In this document: one piece after another, positions 1 through 10,209 of the stretch
Position numbering within the stretch: position 1 is the first letter of the stretch
Layout: each line of letters opens with the position of its first letter
NCBI GenBank assembly: GCA_963749495.1
Contig: CAVVMW010000004.1
Location: forward strand, 704,001-768,000
Source: an uncultured bacterium
GTDB lineage: Bacteria; Verrucomicrobiota; Verrucomicrobiia; Limisphaerales; UBA8199
Direction: 5' to 3'
DNA: 64,000 nucleotides
Notes under the pieces: generated by a model
Seen by the model: the letters and a program-made list of their open reading frames with translations, nothing else
The model's database searches: none
Told to the model about the DNA's origin: nothing
Made by a program: the position numbers and the translations under genes

Positions 1-64
1 GGGTGAGTGCGGGCAGCGCGAACAGGGCCGCCCCGATGAGCAGAGAGGTGGATTTGAGTTGCAT
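1..64 (-). CDS. N-terminus of a secreted protein (partial, runs off the window)
   Basis: ATG at 64 reads MQLKSTSLLIGAALFALPALT, a signal-peptide-like sequence downstream of trpB2. Confidence 0.55.
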   Translation of the reverse strand, partial: MQLKSTSLLIGAALFALPALT

Positions 65-111
65 AGTCTGATAGGTGCTGGCTTGGGTTTGGGTTGGTTT
101 GTGCTTGCGGA

Positions 112-1419
112 CTAAACATCCTGCATTTTGCCGCTGAGGTAGGTCTCGTAGGCGCTCAGGTCGAGCAGGCCGTGGCCGGAGAGGTTGAAGAGCAGGACCT
201 CCTTGCGGCCGGCTTCGCGGGCCTGGATGGCCTGGTCGGCGACGGCGGCGATGGCGTGGGCCGATTCGGGCGCCGGCACGATGCCCTCGGTCCGGGCAAA
301 GAGCGTGCCAATTTCGAAGACCTTGCTCTGGTGATAGGCCTGGGCCTCGATGAGGCCCAGCTTGAGGGCATGGCTGACCATCGGTGACATGCCATGATAG
401 CGCAGCCCGCCCGAGTGAATGGACGGCGGCATGAACTTGTGGCCGAGGGTGTACATCATGAGCAGGGGCGTGGTCTCGGCGGTGTCGCCGAAGTCGTAGC
501 GCAGTTCGCCCTGGGTCAGAGAGGGGCAGGCGCTGGGTTCGACGGCCACCACGCGGTAAGTTTTCTTCTGGGTTATTTTGTTGTGCAGGAACGGAAAGGC
601 CAGCCCGGCGAAGTTGCTGCCGCCGCCGCAGCAGGCGAAGATGGCGGTCGGCTCCTCGCCCGCCAGTTCCATCTGCCGGAGGGCTTCCTGGCCAATCACC
701 GTCTGGTGGAGGCAGACGTGGTTGAGAACGCTGCCCAGCGAGTACTTGGTCGCGGGGTGTTTGACGGTATCCTCGATGGCCTCGCTGATGGCGATGCCGA
801 GGCTGCCGGGGCAATTGGGGTCCTCAGCCAGCAGTTTGCGGCCGTAGTCGGTCTGGTCGCTGGGGCTGGGATGGACGGTGGCGCCCCAAGTGTGCATGAG
901 CATGCGCCGATAAGGCTTCTGCTGGTAGCTGACCTTGACCATATAGACGTTGCACTCCAGGCCAAAGAACTTGCAAGCCAGGGCCAGCGAGGAGCCCCAC
1001 TGCCCGGCGCCGGTCTCGGTGGCCAGGCGCTTGGTGCCGGCGGCCTTGTTGAAGAAGGCCTGGGCAGTGGAGGTATTGAGCTTGTGGCTGCCGCCGGGGC
1101 TGACGCCCTCGTATTTGTAATAAATATGGGCCGGGGTCTGGAGGGCCTGCTCGAAGCGCACGGCGCGCAGCAGCGGCGTGGGCCGCCACATGGCGTAAAT
1201 GTCCCGGACCGGCTCGGGGATCTCGATCCACCGCTCCGGGCTCATCTCCATCCGCACCAGGTTCTCGGGGAAGATAGCCAACAGGGCCTCCGGCGGGACC
1301 GGCTGGCGCGTGCCGGGGTGCAGGGGCGGGGGCAGGGGCTCGGGAAAATCAGCCAGCAGGTTGTACCAGGCCTTGGGAATGTCGGATTGTGTCAGATCAA
1401 AACGTGTTTGCATGGCCAT
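112..1419 (-). CDS. trpB2: TrpB-like PLP-dependent enzyme (tryptophan synthase beta type 2)
   Basis: MAMQTRFDL start; motifs [56 protein letters not shown]. Confidence 0.93.
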   Translation of the reverse strand: MAMQTRFDLTQSDIPKAWYNLLADFPEPLPPPLHPGTRQPVPPEALLAIFPENLVRMEMSPERWIEIPEPVRDIYAMWRPTPLLRAVRFEQALQTPAHIYYKYEGVSPGGSHKLNTSTAQAFFNKAAGTKRLATETGAGQWGSSLALACKFFGLECNVYMVKVSYQQKPYRRMLMHTWGATVHPSPSDQTDYGRKLLAEDPNCPGSLGIAISEAIEDTVKHPATKYSLGSVLNHVCLHQTVIGQEALRQMELAGEEPTAIFACCGGGSNFAGLAFPFLHNKITQKKTYRVVAVEPSACPSLTQGELRYDFGDTAETTPLLMMYTLGHKFMPPSIHSGGLRYHGMSPMVSHALKLGLIEAQAYHQSKVFEIGTLFARTEGIVPAPESAHAIAAVADQAIQAREAGRKEVLLFNLSGHGLLDLSAYETYLSGKMQDV

Positions 1420-1499
1420 TACAGGTTCTCGTGGGTGACAAAACGGGGCGAGTATAGACATCCCCGGTGCTAATGTCACGAAAAAGTTGCGCAATTCGT

Positions 1500-1585
1500 G
1501 ACCTTTGGCGCGACCTTTGGCGCGACCTTTGTCGAGGCATGGCCAATCGGACAAAGGTTCCGACAAAGGTTCCGACAAAGGTCGC
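1500..1585. repeat. Palindromic element of 12-bp units: (GACCTTTG...)x3, spacer, (GACAAAGGT...)x3
   Basis: Direct inspection; a related copy lies in inverted orientation at 5248-5319 and shares the TCGAGGCATGGC core. Confidence 0.85.
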
Positions 1586-1625
1586 GAGAAGGGTTTGGAA
1601 CCGGATCTCCGGGGACAAGGTCTGG

Positions 1626-2865
1626 TCAGCCAATCATATGGCAGAACAACCCGTCGCGGAGCTTGGGTTTCGAACCAGGTGCTTTTCGGGGGCATGAGGC
1701 CGGAGGCGTCGGCGATGGCCATCAGGTCTTCGATGCGGGTCGGGTAGAGGGAGAAGGCGCAGGCGGCTTCACCGTTGCGGACCAGGCGCTCGAGCCCCGC
1801 AGTGCCGCGGCTGCCGCCGACGAAGCCAAGGCGACGGCTGGTGCGCGGGTCGGTGATGCCGAAGATGGGGTCGAGCACGTATCGCTGCAAGAGCGTGACA
1901 TCGAGCCGCTCAATCGGGTCGGTGCTGGCGGTGAACCGGGGGCGGAACTGGAGCCCGTGCCACTGGCCGTCGAGCCACAGGGCCAGGTCGTGCCTCCGCG
2001 CGGGCAGAGCAGGGCCGCCGGGTTTGACGACAAAGATGCCATCCAATCTGTCGAGCAGTTGTCGTGGGGAAAGGCCGTTCAAGTCCTTGACCACCCGGTT
2101 GTAGGGCAGGATCTGGACCTGGTCGTGGGGGAAGAGGACGCTCAGGAACCAGGCGCTGGGCTCGGCCGCGGGCAGGTCGGGGCGGAGGGCGCGGACGCTT
2201 TGATAAAGGCGCGCGGCGGCGGCGCAGCGGTGGTGGCCGTCGGCAATGTAAAGCGAGGGAATCCGGGCGAAGGCGGCCTCGATGGCCTCGATCGTGGGGG
2301 CATCGGCTATCACCCAGGCGCTGTGGCGCACGCCGTCACTGGCGGTGAAATCAATCTCCGGCGCTCCGGCGGTCTGGCGCGCGGCCAATTGGTTGATCTC
2401 GGGGCAGGCGCGATAGACCAGGAACACCGGGCCGGTCTGGGACCCGAGGGTTTCGATGTGGCGCAGGCGGTCATCTTCCTTGTCGGGCCGGGTCAGTTCG
2501 TGTTTGCGGACAATGCCCTGGAGATATTCCGTGCAACTTGCGGCGGCTGCCAGCCCCACCTGGCTATGCGTGCCCATGACCTGCCGGTAGAAATAGAACC
2601 GGGGTCCGGGGTCCCGGCGGAGCGCACCCTGGGCCATCAGCCGCTCGAAATTCTCCCTGCCCTTGGCATAGACCTCCGGGGCATAGAGGTTGGTCGAGGG
2701 CGGCAGGTTGATTTCCGGCTTGCTGACATGGAGGAAACTCAGCGGGTTGCCGGCCGCTGCGAGGCGCGCCTCCTCGGAAGAGAGGACGTCGTAGGGCAGC
2801 TCGCAGAGGCGCGCCGCCAATTCCGGTTTAGGCCGCAGCGCGGCAAAGGGCTTAATCGTGGCCAT
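1626..2865 (-). CDS. DUF1015 family protein (one extra base near 1670, probably a sequencing error)
   Basis: [12 protein letters not shown] start; [29 protein letters not shown]. Removing one A restores ...[19 protein letters not shown] (413 codons). Confidence 0.88.
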
Positions 2866-2870
2866 GGGTC

Positions 2871-2914
2871 CGAGTGTCGAGTGTCGAGAGGCGAGTGTCC
2901 AGGGCCGAGTGTCG
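2871..2914. repeat. Degenerate heptamer tandem repeat (CGAGTGT)n
   Basis: About 6 units in the divergent intergenic region. Confidence 0.75.
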
Positions 2915-2965
2915 CGAAGCATAAGAGGTTTGACTTGAGTGAGTGCCAACCTTAGATTTCCGCAC

Positions 2966-4015
2966 ATGTTTGCGGCTGACACCAAAGTGGGCTCCACGCC
3001 GATAGCCGATACCTTGAAGGCCGATGCGGCTTGTTCGTGGAAAGCGATCGTCGGCCCAGTCGAGCCTTTCCTGGAGGCAGTCAGCCGGAGGCTGGTCCAG
3101 CAGGTCCAGGCCTTTGACCCGGCCATCGTCCCTTATGCCGACTACGCCTTGAACGGCCAGGGCAAGCAACTGCGCCCAGCCCTGGTCGCCTTGACGGGCA
3201 ATGCCCTGGGCGGGACCGGGGATGACCATGTGACCGTGGCGGTCATCATCGAGATGGTCCACCTGGCGACGCTGGTGCACGACGACGTGATGGACGGGGC
3301 CGAGATCCGGCGCAACCGCCTGACCCTCGCCGCGAATTGGGGCAACGACATCGCGGTGCTTTTTGGCGACTGCCTCTTCGCCCAGGCCCTGAAGCTGGCC
3401 GCCAGCTTCCCCACACCGGAGGTCTGCAGGGCGGTCGCCATGGCCACCAACACCGTTTGCTCCGGCGAAATCCTCCAGACGCAGCACCGCGGCGATTTCC
3501 GCTTCACCCGCCAGGACTATTTCAAGGTCCTGGAGATGAAGACCGCCGAGTTGTTTGCGCTCTCCTGCGAGTTGAGCGCCTGCCTGAGCCGCACCCCGCC
3601 GGAGGCCCGCCTGGCCTCGCGCCAGTTTGGCCTGGCCTTTGGCACCGCCTACCAGGTCTATGACGATTGCGTGGACCTCTTCGGCTCGGAGGCCCTGGCC
3701 GGCAAGTCCCTGGGCTCGGACCTAGCCAAGGGCACGCTCACGCTGCCGGTGCTCCTGCTCTGGGAGCGCGCCGGAACCGCCGACCGCTCGAGGCTCCAGC
3801 AGTGGGTCAGTGGCTGGCAGGCCGATGCGGCCCAGCCCATGGCCGAGCTGCTGGCCAGGCACGATACCCTGGCCGCTTCTATGGAGATCATCCATCAGTA
3901 TCTCGACAAGGCGCGCCAGTTTCTCCAGGCCCTGCCGCCCTCGCGCGGCCGCGCCGGCCTGGAGGGCCTGACCGAATACCTGGCCCGCCAAACCGATGCC
4001 CTCGGCAGCGCCTGA
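2966..4015 (+). CDS. Polyprenyl diphosphate synthase (IspB/HepT-like)
   Basis: [18 protein letters not shown] (first Asp-rich motif), [25 protein letters not shown]. Start may be GTG at 2939. Confidence 0.92.
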   Translation: MFAADTKVGSTPIADTLKADAACSWKAIVGPVEPFLEAVSRRLVQQVQAFDPAIVPYADYALNGQGKQLRPALVALTGNALGGTGDDHVTVAVIIEMVHLATLVHDDVMDGAEIRRNRLTLAANWGNDIAVLFGDCLFAQALKLAASFPTPEVCRAVAMATNTVCSGEILQTQHRGDFRFTRQDYFKVLEMKTAELFALSCELSACLSRTPPEARLASRQFGLAFGTAYQVYDDCVDLFGSEALAGKSLGSDLAKGTLTLPVLLLWERAGTADRSRLQQWVSGWQADAAQPMAELLARHDTLAASMEIIHQYLDKARQFLQALPPSRGRAGLEGLTEYLARQTDALGSA

Positions 4016-4024
4016 GAACCGCCT

Positions 4025-4672
4025 ATGATTATGACCGAGCCGGCGAGTCGCAAGGCAGCCAAACCGCAAACCGACCCACCCGATGATGCCCCCGCCGGAA
4101 CGGCTCCCGACGAGATGGAGTTGGTCAAGCGGGCTCGCAAGGGCGACCTCCCCGCCTACGACGACCTCATCCGCCGCTACCAGGAGCGCATCTACGCCAC
4201 GGTCTATCACATGACCGCCAATCATGAGGACGCCAACGACCTGGCCCAGGAGGCCTTCATCAAGGCCTTCCACGCCCTCAAGTCCTTCAAAGGCGGCTCC
4301 AGCTTCTACACCTGGGTCTATCGCATCGCCGTCAATAAAACCATCAACTTCCTCAAGCAGCGCAAGAACCGGGCCCAGTTGAGCCTCAACGACCTCGACC
4401 TCAACGCCGAGCACGACCCCGACCTGGTCGCCCTCATCTCCGAAAAGACTCCCCGGCGCGAGGTCAGCCTGGCCGAGCTGCAGGAAAAATTGAACGCGGC
4501 TATGCAGAAATTGTCTGAACCCCATAGACTGGTAGTGACATTGCACGATGTGCAAGGGCTGTCGCACGAAGAAATCGCGAAGATTATGGATTGCAATATC
4601 GGAACGGTCCGGTCCCGGCTTTTTTATGCCCGGCAGCAGTTGCAGGCCTACCTGTCTGATTATTTGAAGTGA
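4025..4672 (+). CDS. ECF sigma-70 factor (RpoE-like)
   Basis: DANDLAQEAFIKAF, SSFYTWVYRIAVN, region 4 GLSHEEIAKIMDCNIGTVRSRLFYAR. Confidence 0.95.
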   Translation: MIMTEPASRKAAKPQTDPPDDAPAGTAPDEMELVKRARKGDLPAYDDLIRRYQERIYATVYHMTANHEDANDLAQEAFIKAFHALKSFKGGSSFYTWVYRIAVNKTINFLKQRKNRAQLSLNDLDLNAEHDPDLVALISEKTPRREVSLAELQEKLNAAMQKLSEPHRLVVTLHDVQGLSHEEIAKIMDCNIGTVRSRLFYARQQLQAYLSDYLK

Positions 4673-4677
4673 GCCGT

Positions 4678-5523
4678 ATGAATCCCGAGCAGGACAATTT
4701 CGAGCAGTTGCGCCGGGTGCTGGCCTTGAAACGTCATGAGCAGCCCCCACCCGGTTTCTTCGACAACTTCCCCCGAAACGTCCTTTTCCGCATCAGGAAC
4801 GGCGAGCTCGGCGACGAGGCCGGCGGCATCGGCCGGTGGTTCTGGCAGGCCCCCTGGCTCCAGAGCCTCTGGGCGGCCCTGGAACGGAAGCCCGCCTTTG
4901 CCGGTGCCTTGGGCCTGGGCGTGTGCGGGTTGCTCCTGACCGGGTTCATCTGCTCGGTCGCCCCAGCCGACCCCGCCAGCCAGAACGGCGCCGCGGCAAG
5001 TCAATCCCTGGCCGCCATCGATGTCCTGCCCGGCGCGCAACGGGCCTCGGTCTTCGTCTCCAGCACCAACGGCATCATGCCCGAGCCGCTCCAGAACTCC
5101 CTCTTCGAGCAGTTCAGAGCCTCGCAAGTCCAGCCCACGGCTACCCGCGTCAGCCTGACGGAGCCTAAGGGCGGCTGGCAAGATCAAACTGTTTGGTGCA
5201 ACAAGCCGGTGGGTGTAGCGCCTGTTTCCACGAACGCCGCGAGTCCGGACCTTTGTCGCAACCTTTGTCGGGTTTGCCATGCCTCGACAAAGGCGGCGAC
5301 AAAGGTTGCGACAAAGGTCTGGGATCGGAGCCCCCATGTTGTTTTTGCCAACTGCTCTAATGTTCAATCCTCCCGGGCGAAGATCAAGGTCATTCCCTCG
5401 CCGGCATCGATCGTGAGCCGGTCGCCGTTGACGGTGCCCGCAAAGTCCTGCGCTCCGCCTGATGAGGACATGCTCAGTTGGTATTTTCCACCCTGGTTGG
5501 TCCACTTGCCATCCAGGTTCTGA
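4678..5523 (+). CDS. Putative anti-sigma/single-pass membrane protein; true C-terminus probably near 5170-5230
   Basis: Coupled to the ECF sigma gene; LALKRHEQPPPGFF N-terminus and one TM segment. The ORF tail reads through a repeat and overlaps the convergent gene, so the end is doubtful. Confidence 0.6.
   Translation: MNPEQDNFEQLRRVLALKRHEQPPPGFFDNFPRNVLFRIRNGELGDEAGGIGRWFWQAPWLQSLWAALERKPAFAGALGLGVCGLLLTGFICSVAPADPASQNGAAASQSLAAIDVLPGAQRASVFVSSTNGIMPEPLQNSLFEQFRASQVQPTATRVSLTEPKGGWQDQTVWCNKPVGVAPVSTNAASPDLCRNLCRVCHASTKAATKVATKVWDRSPHVVFANCSNVQSSRAKIKVIPSPASIVSRSPLTVPAKSCAPPDEDMLSWYFPPWLVHLPSRF
5248..5319. repeat. Second copy of the 12-bp-unit palindromic element
   Basis: (ACCTTTGTCG..)x2, GCCATGCCTCGA, (GACAAAGG..)x3. 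Confidence 0.85.
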
Positions 5524-6593
5524 ACGACGGGCGCCGTGGCGGGGGCTGTGGCCAGGAGCAGCCGCACCGGGGGCAGGTTTTTGATGAGCATTCGGTGGTC
5601 GGCCATGGCCACAAGGCTGGTCTTCTCGAAACCGGTGGCGATGTTGTGCCGGACGACCTGCAATTCCTTGGCGGGCATATTGGGCTTGAGCCGGCGCCTG
5701 ACGTTGACGGCGGCCGTCACGTCGAATTTCCACCGGCCGAGGATGGTCTCGGAGTCATATTTGGCGGACTGGCCGGTGGCCAGGAAGGCGCGCAGGTCCG
5801 CCATGTCCGGCTCCACGGTATTCCACACCAGGCGCAGCGTATCCGGGTTGGCGAGCATCCCGTCGATGACATGATAGTGGAGCAGTTCCATCAGCGGGGC
5901 GCCCCGCTGGCGCAGGTCGGCAAACTCCTTGCCGCCCAGGCTCTTGAACTCGGGCATCTCCGCCAGGCCCAGAAACGCGGGATACCGCGAGAGCCGCGCC
6001 TCGCTCAGAGGATTGTGATAGATGACGCCGGCCAGGTCGGCCGCGTCGTACCAGTCCCTGGGCATCCGTTCCAGGACCCGCGCCACTTTGGCAAACCCGG
6101 AGCTTTGAAGACCTTGCCCGAGGCGATTGAGCCATTTGATCCAGGCCGGGTCCTGGTCGGGCGTCGCCAACTGGACCGTCCAATAGCTCGGGATGTAGAT
6201 CACCACCGAGATGAGCACCAGGTAAGCCGTCGCGTTGAGCAGCCCCAGGCACGAGCCCAGCCGTCGGTTCAGCCGGTCCCACAGCACCGGCCGCAACTCC
6301 CCCGTCTTGTAGCGGTAATACACATCCACCTTCTGGTGCAGCGGCAGCGCGGCGGCCTTGAACAGCACCGAGACGACCACGAACACGATGAGCGGCCCCA
6401 ACAGCCAGATGAGCACCGGGTTGGTCATCCCAAACGCCGTCAGCAACGGCTTGGCCAGCTTGCCCAGCAGCGGCGCCAACAGCGCCCCCACCACGATCCC
6501 GAAAAATGAAATGCCGACACGAATCGCCCCTTGCCGGTATCCCAGACCGGCCTCCGACGCCAGCAGCACCAATGCGAGCAGCCAAATCAACAT
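5364..6593 (-). CDS. CvpA (colicin V production)-like membrane protein with a soluble C-terminal domain
   Basis: N-terminal TM helices, GYRQGAIR..SFFG and LNRRLG..LGLLN motifs. Confidence 0.72.
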   Translation of the reverse strand: MLIWLLALVLLASEAGLGYRQGAIRVGISFFGIVVGALLAPLLGKLAKPLLTAFGMTNPVLIWLLGPLIVFVVVSVLFKAAALPLHQKVDVYYRYKTGELRPVLWDRLNRRLGSCLGLLNATAYLVLISVVIYIPSYWTVQLATPDQDPAWIKWLNRLGQGLQSSGFAKVARVLERMPRDWYDAADLAGVIYHNPLSEARLSRYPAFLGLAEMPEFKSLGGKEFADLRQRGAPLMELLHYHVIDGMLANPDTLRLVWNTVEPDMADLRAFLATGQSAKYDSETILGRWKFDVTAAVNVRRRLKPNMPAKELQVVRHNIATGFEKTSLVAMADHRMLIKNLPPVRLLLATAPATAPVVQNLDGKWTNQGGKYQLSMSSSGGAQDFAGTVNGDRLTIDAGEGMTLIFARED

Positions 6594-6669
6594 GACCCCA
6601 AATTAAGCCGGTCCCCCCCCAAAAAGCACGCACAAAAGTAACGCCTTGGTGAATGGGGGAGCGGCACCG

Positions 6670-6736
6670 CGGGCAGACCCCTCAGCCCAACCCTCCCCAT
6701 CGGAAGGGGAGAGGGCCTGGGTGAGGGGTCTGCCCG
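6670..6736. repeat. REP-like nested hairpin (CCCCTCA..CCCTC..CCCC / GGGGAGAGGG..GTGAGGGG family)
   Basis: Outer arms GGGCAGACCCCTCA / TGAGGGGTCTGCCC; related to 42793-42943. Confidence 0.8.
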
Positions 6737-6766
6737 GCACTCCGTCTGCGCCTGACCGGTTACGCC

Positions 6767-7612
6767 TTACGGGAACTTGACGGCCGGGTTAATCGGGGCG
6801 GAGGTGCGGAGTTGGATCCAGGGGACATCGTGCGGCCCCTGGGGGTTGGCGGGCTTGTTGGCCGCCAGGGTGTCGGGGTCCCTCCACTTGTGGGTCTCGC
6901 TGTGGCCATCAACAAACGAGAAGCCGCAGGCGCCGTTGTGATAGATGCCGGGGTCGTTGCCCCAGGCGATGGTGTTGAAGACGACCAGGAAATAACCATC
7001 GTCCAGCGTCGTTGGATTCTCATCCAGGAAGACGAAGGCCTGGGCCGGCGAGGGCCGCACGATGTCGGAGAGCTTGCGGAAGGTGAAGATGGTCGAGTTG
7101 ATTTCCGCCGTGTACCAACTGTTGCCGTTCATATTGCCGTTGAGCGAGACGCTCCGGACCCGCGGCCCCAGGATCGTGGTCCCCAGCTTGGCAACGCTGC
7201 GATCGGCAGGGCACTTGTAAATGCCCTGGGACTGGTTGTAGTTCCAGAGCAGCCCCGAGGGCGGTTTCAACAGATTGACATTGGTGCCATCCTGCGGATT
7301 GACGATGAACTGGCCCCCGATCCAGCCCGTGTAAACCGCGCCGTCGCCGTTGGGCACCAGTTTGTCATTGTTATCGTGGGCATACATGGTCCAGCACAAC
7401 TGGAGTTGCTTGAGGTTGCTCAGGCAGCTTATCCCTTGCGCCTTGGCCTTGGACTTGGCAAGGGCCGGCAGCAGCATCGCCGCAAGGATGGCGATGATCG
7501 CAATCACCACCAGCAGTTCGATCAAGGTGAACCCGCCTCGCCCGTCCTTGCAACGGCCATTGGCCCGGTCCTTCCGAAAAGAAACGCGGCCCCTCGAACA
7601 GCGCAGCTTCAT
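6767..7612 (-). CDS. Prepilin-type N-terminal cleavage/methylation domain protein with H-X9-DG motif
   Basis: [44 protein letters not shown]. Confidence 0.92.
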   Translation of the reverse strand: MKLRCSRGRVSFRKDRANGRCKDGRGGFTLIELLVVIAIIAILAAMLLPALAKSKAKAQGISCLSNLKQLQLCWTMYAHDNNDKLVPNGDGAVYTGWIGGQFIVNPQDGTNVNLLKPPSGLLWNYNQSQGIYKCPADRSVAKLGTTILGPRVRSVSLNGNMNGNSWYTAEINSTIFTFRKLSDIVRPSPAQAFVFLDENPTTLDDGYFLVVFNTIAWGNDPGIYHNGACGFSFVDGHSETHKWRDPDTLAANKPANPQGPHDVPWIQLRTSAPINPAVKFP

Positions 7613-7713
7613 GGTTCTCCATTCACCAGTTCGTGGATGTATCCATCCTCGGGCAGGGCCTGGAGATCGGCCTCCGTCCAGGGTCGCCTGGCCTGTTCCA
7701 CAGCGGCATTCAT
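7609..7713 (-). pseudogene. N-terminal remnant of a Uma2-family endonuclease
   Basis: [33 protein letters not shown] resembles Uma2 N-termini, then stops on the prepilin ATG. Confidence 0.65.
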
Positions 7714-7761
7714 GATGGGAGGCAGCTTATCAGGGGCGCCAACCCTTGTCAAAGCTTGAGC

Positions 7762-7945
7762 GCCGTCCAGACGGGTGCAATCGGACACCGCCCCCATCAG
7801 CACTACCGAACGGCCCGGAGCGCGGGCTTTAGCCCTCTTTGGGCGCCCAATGTGCAATGGGCGCGCCAAGCGGTTCCACGTCCGCGCAAAGCGGGCTAAA
7901 GCCCGCGCTCCGGGGGCATTGTCCGATGGCGCCCGTCCGGACTGT
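7762..7945. repeat. Nested REP-like palindrome (~185 bp)
   Basis: Inner arms GGAGCGCGGGCTTTAGCCC / GGGCTAAAGCCCGCGCTCC; outer arms GTCCAGACGGGTGCAATCGGACA / TGTCCGATGGCGCCCGTCCGGAC. Confidence 0.85.
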
Positions 7946-8318
7946 CGGTTCTGGATACGGGGTGGAAAACGATTCAAGTGGCTATGCTGCAACATGTTGT
8001 GCAGAACAAGCCGCCCGAGCCTGACGGAGAACTTTACGCTTTGGCGCTGTGCCCGGTCTCGGTTTCAGGGGCAGTCAAATGCAGAATCTGCTGCCCTGCA
8101 ACATGTTGCGAGATTGACACGCGGCTGTTTCATTCTCGGCATGAACCGTGCTACCTCGGAACCAGGACGATTGCTGGAAGGCATATCGTGCCCGGGCTCG
8201 AGCAGCCGAGTCGGGCGGGTTCCGAGCTATTTCGCACGGCGCAACACTGGTGGTCTCAGCGGCAGTTTTCTTTGCGTGCGTCTGGCCTCGGAACGCAAAA
8301 CAACGAGCGGCTATTGTC

Positions 8319-9473
8319 ATGATTGTTGTCTTAGGCGCCAGTGGTTACATCGGCCAGGCATTTTGCCGCGAGTTGTGCATGCGTGGAATTCCCTTCATTC
8401 CCCTGTCGCGGGCGGCGTTCGATTACACGCATTTCTACCTGCTGTTGCAGTACTTGCGCAAGATACGCCCGGCCTTGCTCATCAACGCTTCGGGCTATTG
8501 CGGCCGGCCCAACGTGGACGAATGCGAGGAGGCGCGCCGGGAAACACTCCAGGCCAACACGCTGCTGCCCCAGATCGTGGTGCGCGCCTGCCTGATGACC
8601 AATGTGCCCTGGGCCCACATCTCGACCGGCTGCATCTACACCGGCGCCAAAGTGCTCGACAAAGGCGGGGCACGGGTGGAACCCAACCTCAACCGGCCGC
8701 GGGTCCGCAACCTGTTTGCCTCGAACCCGGAGCGATTTCGCGGTTTCTCCGAAACCGATGAACCTAATTTCTCGTTCCGGAACACGTCCTTCAATTTTTG
8801 CAGCGGGACGCGGGCCCTGGCCGAGGAGGTCCTCAAGGGCCTGGGGCAAGGTTACATATGGCGCGCCATGATCCCGTTCGATGAGCGGGATGTGCCCTGC
8901 AATTTCCTGTCGAGAATCCAGCGCTACCCGAAGGTCTTCGACCATGTGACCTCGCTTTCGCACCTGGGGGATTTCGTCAGGGCCTGCCTGGCATTGTGGG
9001 AACGTCACGCCCCGTTCGGGACCTATAACGTGGCCAACCCGGGCGCCGTCACCACGCGCCAGGTCGTGGGCATGATTCAGCGCATCCTCAAGCCGGACCG
9101 TTGGTTCAAGTATTGGGCCGACAATGATGAGTTCTATACACACGGCGCCAAGGCACTGCGGTCCAATTGCATCCTCAACGTCACCAAACTGTCTTGTGCC
9201 GGCGTCCATGTGCGGCACGTCCAAGAGGCCCTCGAGGACTCCCTCCGGCACTGGAAGCCGGAGGACACCAACGGCGATGAGACCGGCGGGCCCATGGCGT
9301 CCCTGCTCTCCTGCTTGTCGGGGATCCAGCGGCCGGACCGGCTGGCCGGGGAATCGAGCGAGCAGGCCGCTGCGGCAGAACCCAAAGAGGCGCCATCCCG
9401 TTGCAGGCGGCGCCAGAGGAGCACGAGCCTCCAGGCTGCCACCGATGCCCTGGCCCACTTGGGCAGGAGATGA
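8319..9473 (+). CDS. NAD(P)-dependent sugar-nucleotide epimerase/reductase (RmlD or NRS/ER-like)
   Basis: MIVVLGASGYIG Rossmann motif, INASGYCGRPNVDECE, HISTGCIYTG, GTYNVANPG, RSNCILN. Confidence 0.85.
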   Translation: MIVVLGASGYIGQAFCRELCMRGIPFIPLSRAAFDYTHFYLLLQYLRKIRPALLINASGYCGRPNVDECEEARRETLQANTLLPQIVVRACLMTNVPWAHISTGCIYTGAKVLDKGGARVEPNLNRPRVRNLFASNPERFRGFSETDEPNFSFRNTSFNFCSGTRALAEEVLKGLGQGYIWRAMIPFDERDVPCNFLSRIQRYPKVFDHVTSLSHLGDFVRACLALWERHAPFGTYNVANPGAVTTRQVVGMIQRILKPDRWFKYWADNDEFYTHGAKALRSNCILNVTKLSCAGVHVRHVQEALEDSLRHWKPEDTNGDETGGPMASLLSCLSGIQRPDRLAGESSEQAAAAEPKEAPSRCRRRQRSTSLQAATDALAHLGRR

Positions 9474-9502
9474 GGGAAGTCCGGGCGTTGCTGAAGCGAA
9501 GT

Positions 9503-10165
9503 CTAAAGGTCCCTCCCGGTGGGCTGGGATGGGTTGAGGTACTTGGCCAGGGCGTCGGCGCGTGAGTTGACCTCGAGTTTTCGCAGGACCCCGCTGATGT
9601 GCGTGCGCACGGTGTTCTTGCTGATGCCCATCCTGGCGGCAATGTCCACCGGGGGCGTCCCCCGGCACAGATGGAGCAGGATCTCTTTTTCGCGGACCGA
9701 GAGGCACCGCGCCACGGCGCCGCGGGCGCCAAAGAAATCCAGGACGGTGCGGCAGGCCCCGCTGGAGAGCATCGAGCCGCCCTGGTGCAGGAGCAGCAGC
9801 GTGTCAACCACCTGGGCGGGGGAGCACGGTTTTTCCAGCCAACCCTGCACACCGGCCTCCAGTGTGCGAACCAGCGCCTCTTGGGTGGTGTTGGAGGAAA
9901 GGACCAGCACGGGCGTCCGCGGCAACTGACCCCGCAAGGCCCAGAGCCACTCCTCGACCAAGCCGCCCAGGGGATCCGTATCCACCACGACCAGGTCGGG
10001 TGGGTCTTTTCCGATGCAAGCCATGGCCTTGTCCTGGCTGGAGTAGGCCCCCAGGAACTCGAGGCCGGGCGTCCCTCCGATGACCGCTGCCAAATAGTCC
10101 CGCTCCTTGTCGTTTGGCTCGATCACCACGACCCGAGCGGGTCCTCCAGACCGGGATTTTGCCAT
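9503..10165 (-). CDS. NarL/LuxR-family response regulator
   Basis: Receiver domain (PDLVVVD) plus LSVREKEIL..IAARMGISKNTVRTHI HTH. Confidence 0.9.
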   Translation of the reverse strand: MAKSRSGGPARVVVIEPNDKERDYLAAVIGGTPGLEFLGAYSSQDKAMACIGKDPPDLVVVDTDPLGGLVEEWLWALRGQLPRTPVLVLSSNTTQEALVRTLEAGVQGWLEKPCSPAQVVDTLLLLHQGGSMLSSGACRTVLDFFGARGAVARCLSVREKEILLHLCRGTPPVDIAARMGISKNTVRTHISGVLRKLEVNSRADALAKYLNPSQPTGRDL

Positions 10166-10209
10166 AGTTCAGTCCCCTGATAGTTCCAAGCCGATGATCT
10201 TCCAATCCG

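Noticed and set aside
112..3126. 1004-aa DUF1015-TrpB2 fusion ORF
   Set aside because: It is created by one extra A just before the conserved DUF1015 C-terminus, and the linker is a translated intergenic palindrome.
5170..5523. Long C-terminal extension of the putative anti-sigma factor
   Set aside because: It reads through a palindromic repeat and overlaps the convergent gene by 160 bp, so it is probably a lost stop.
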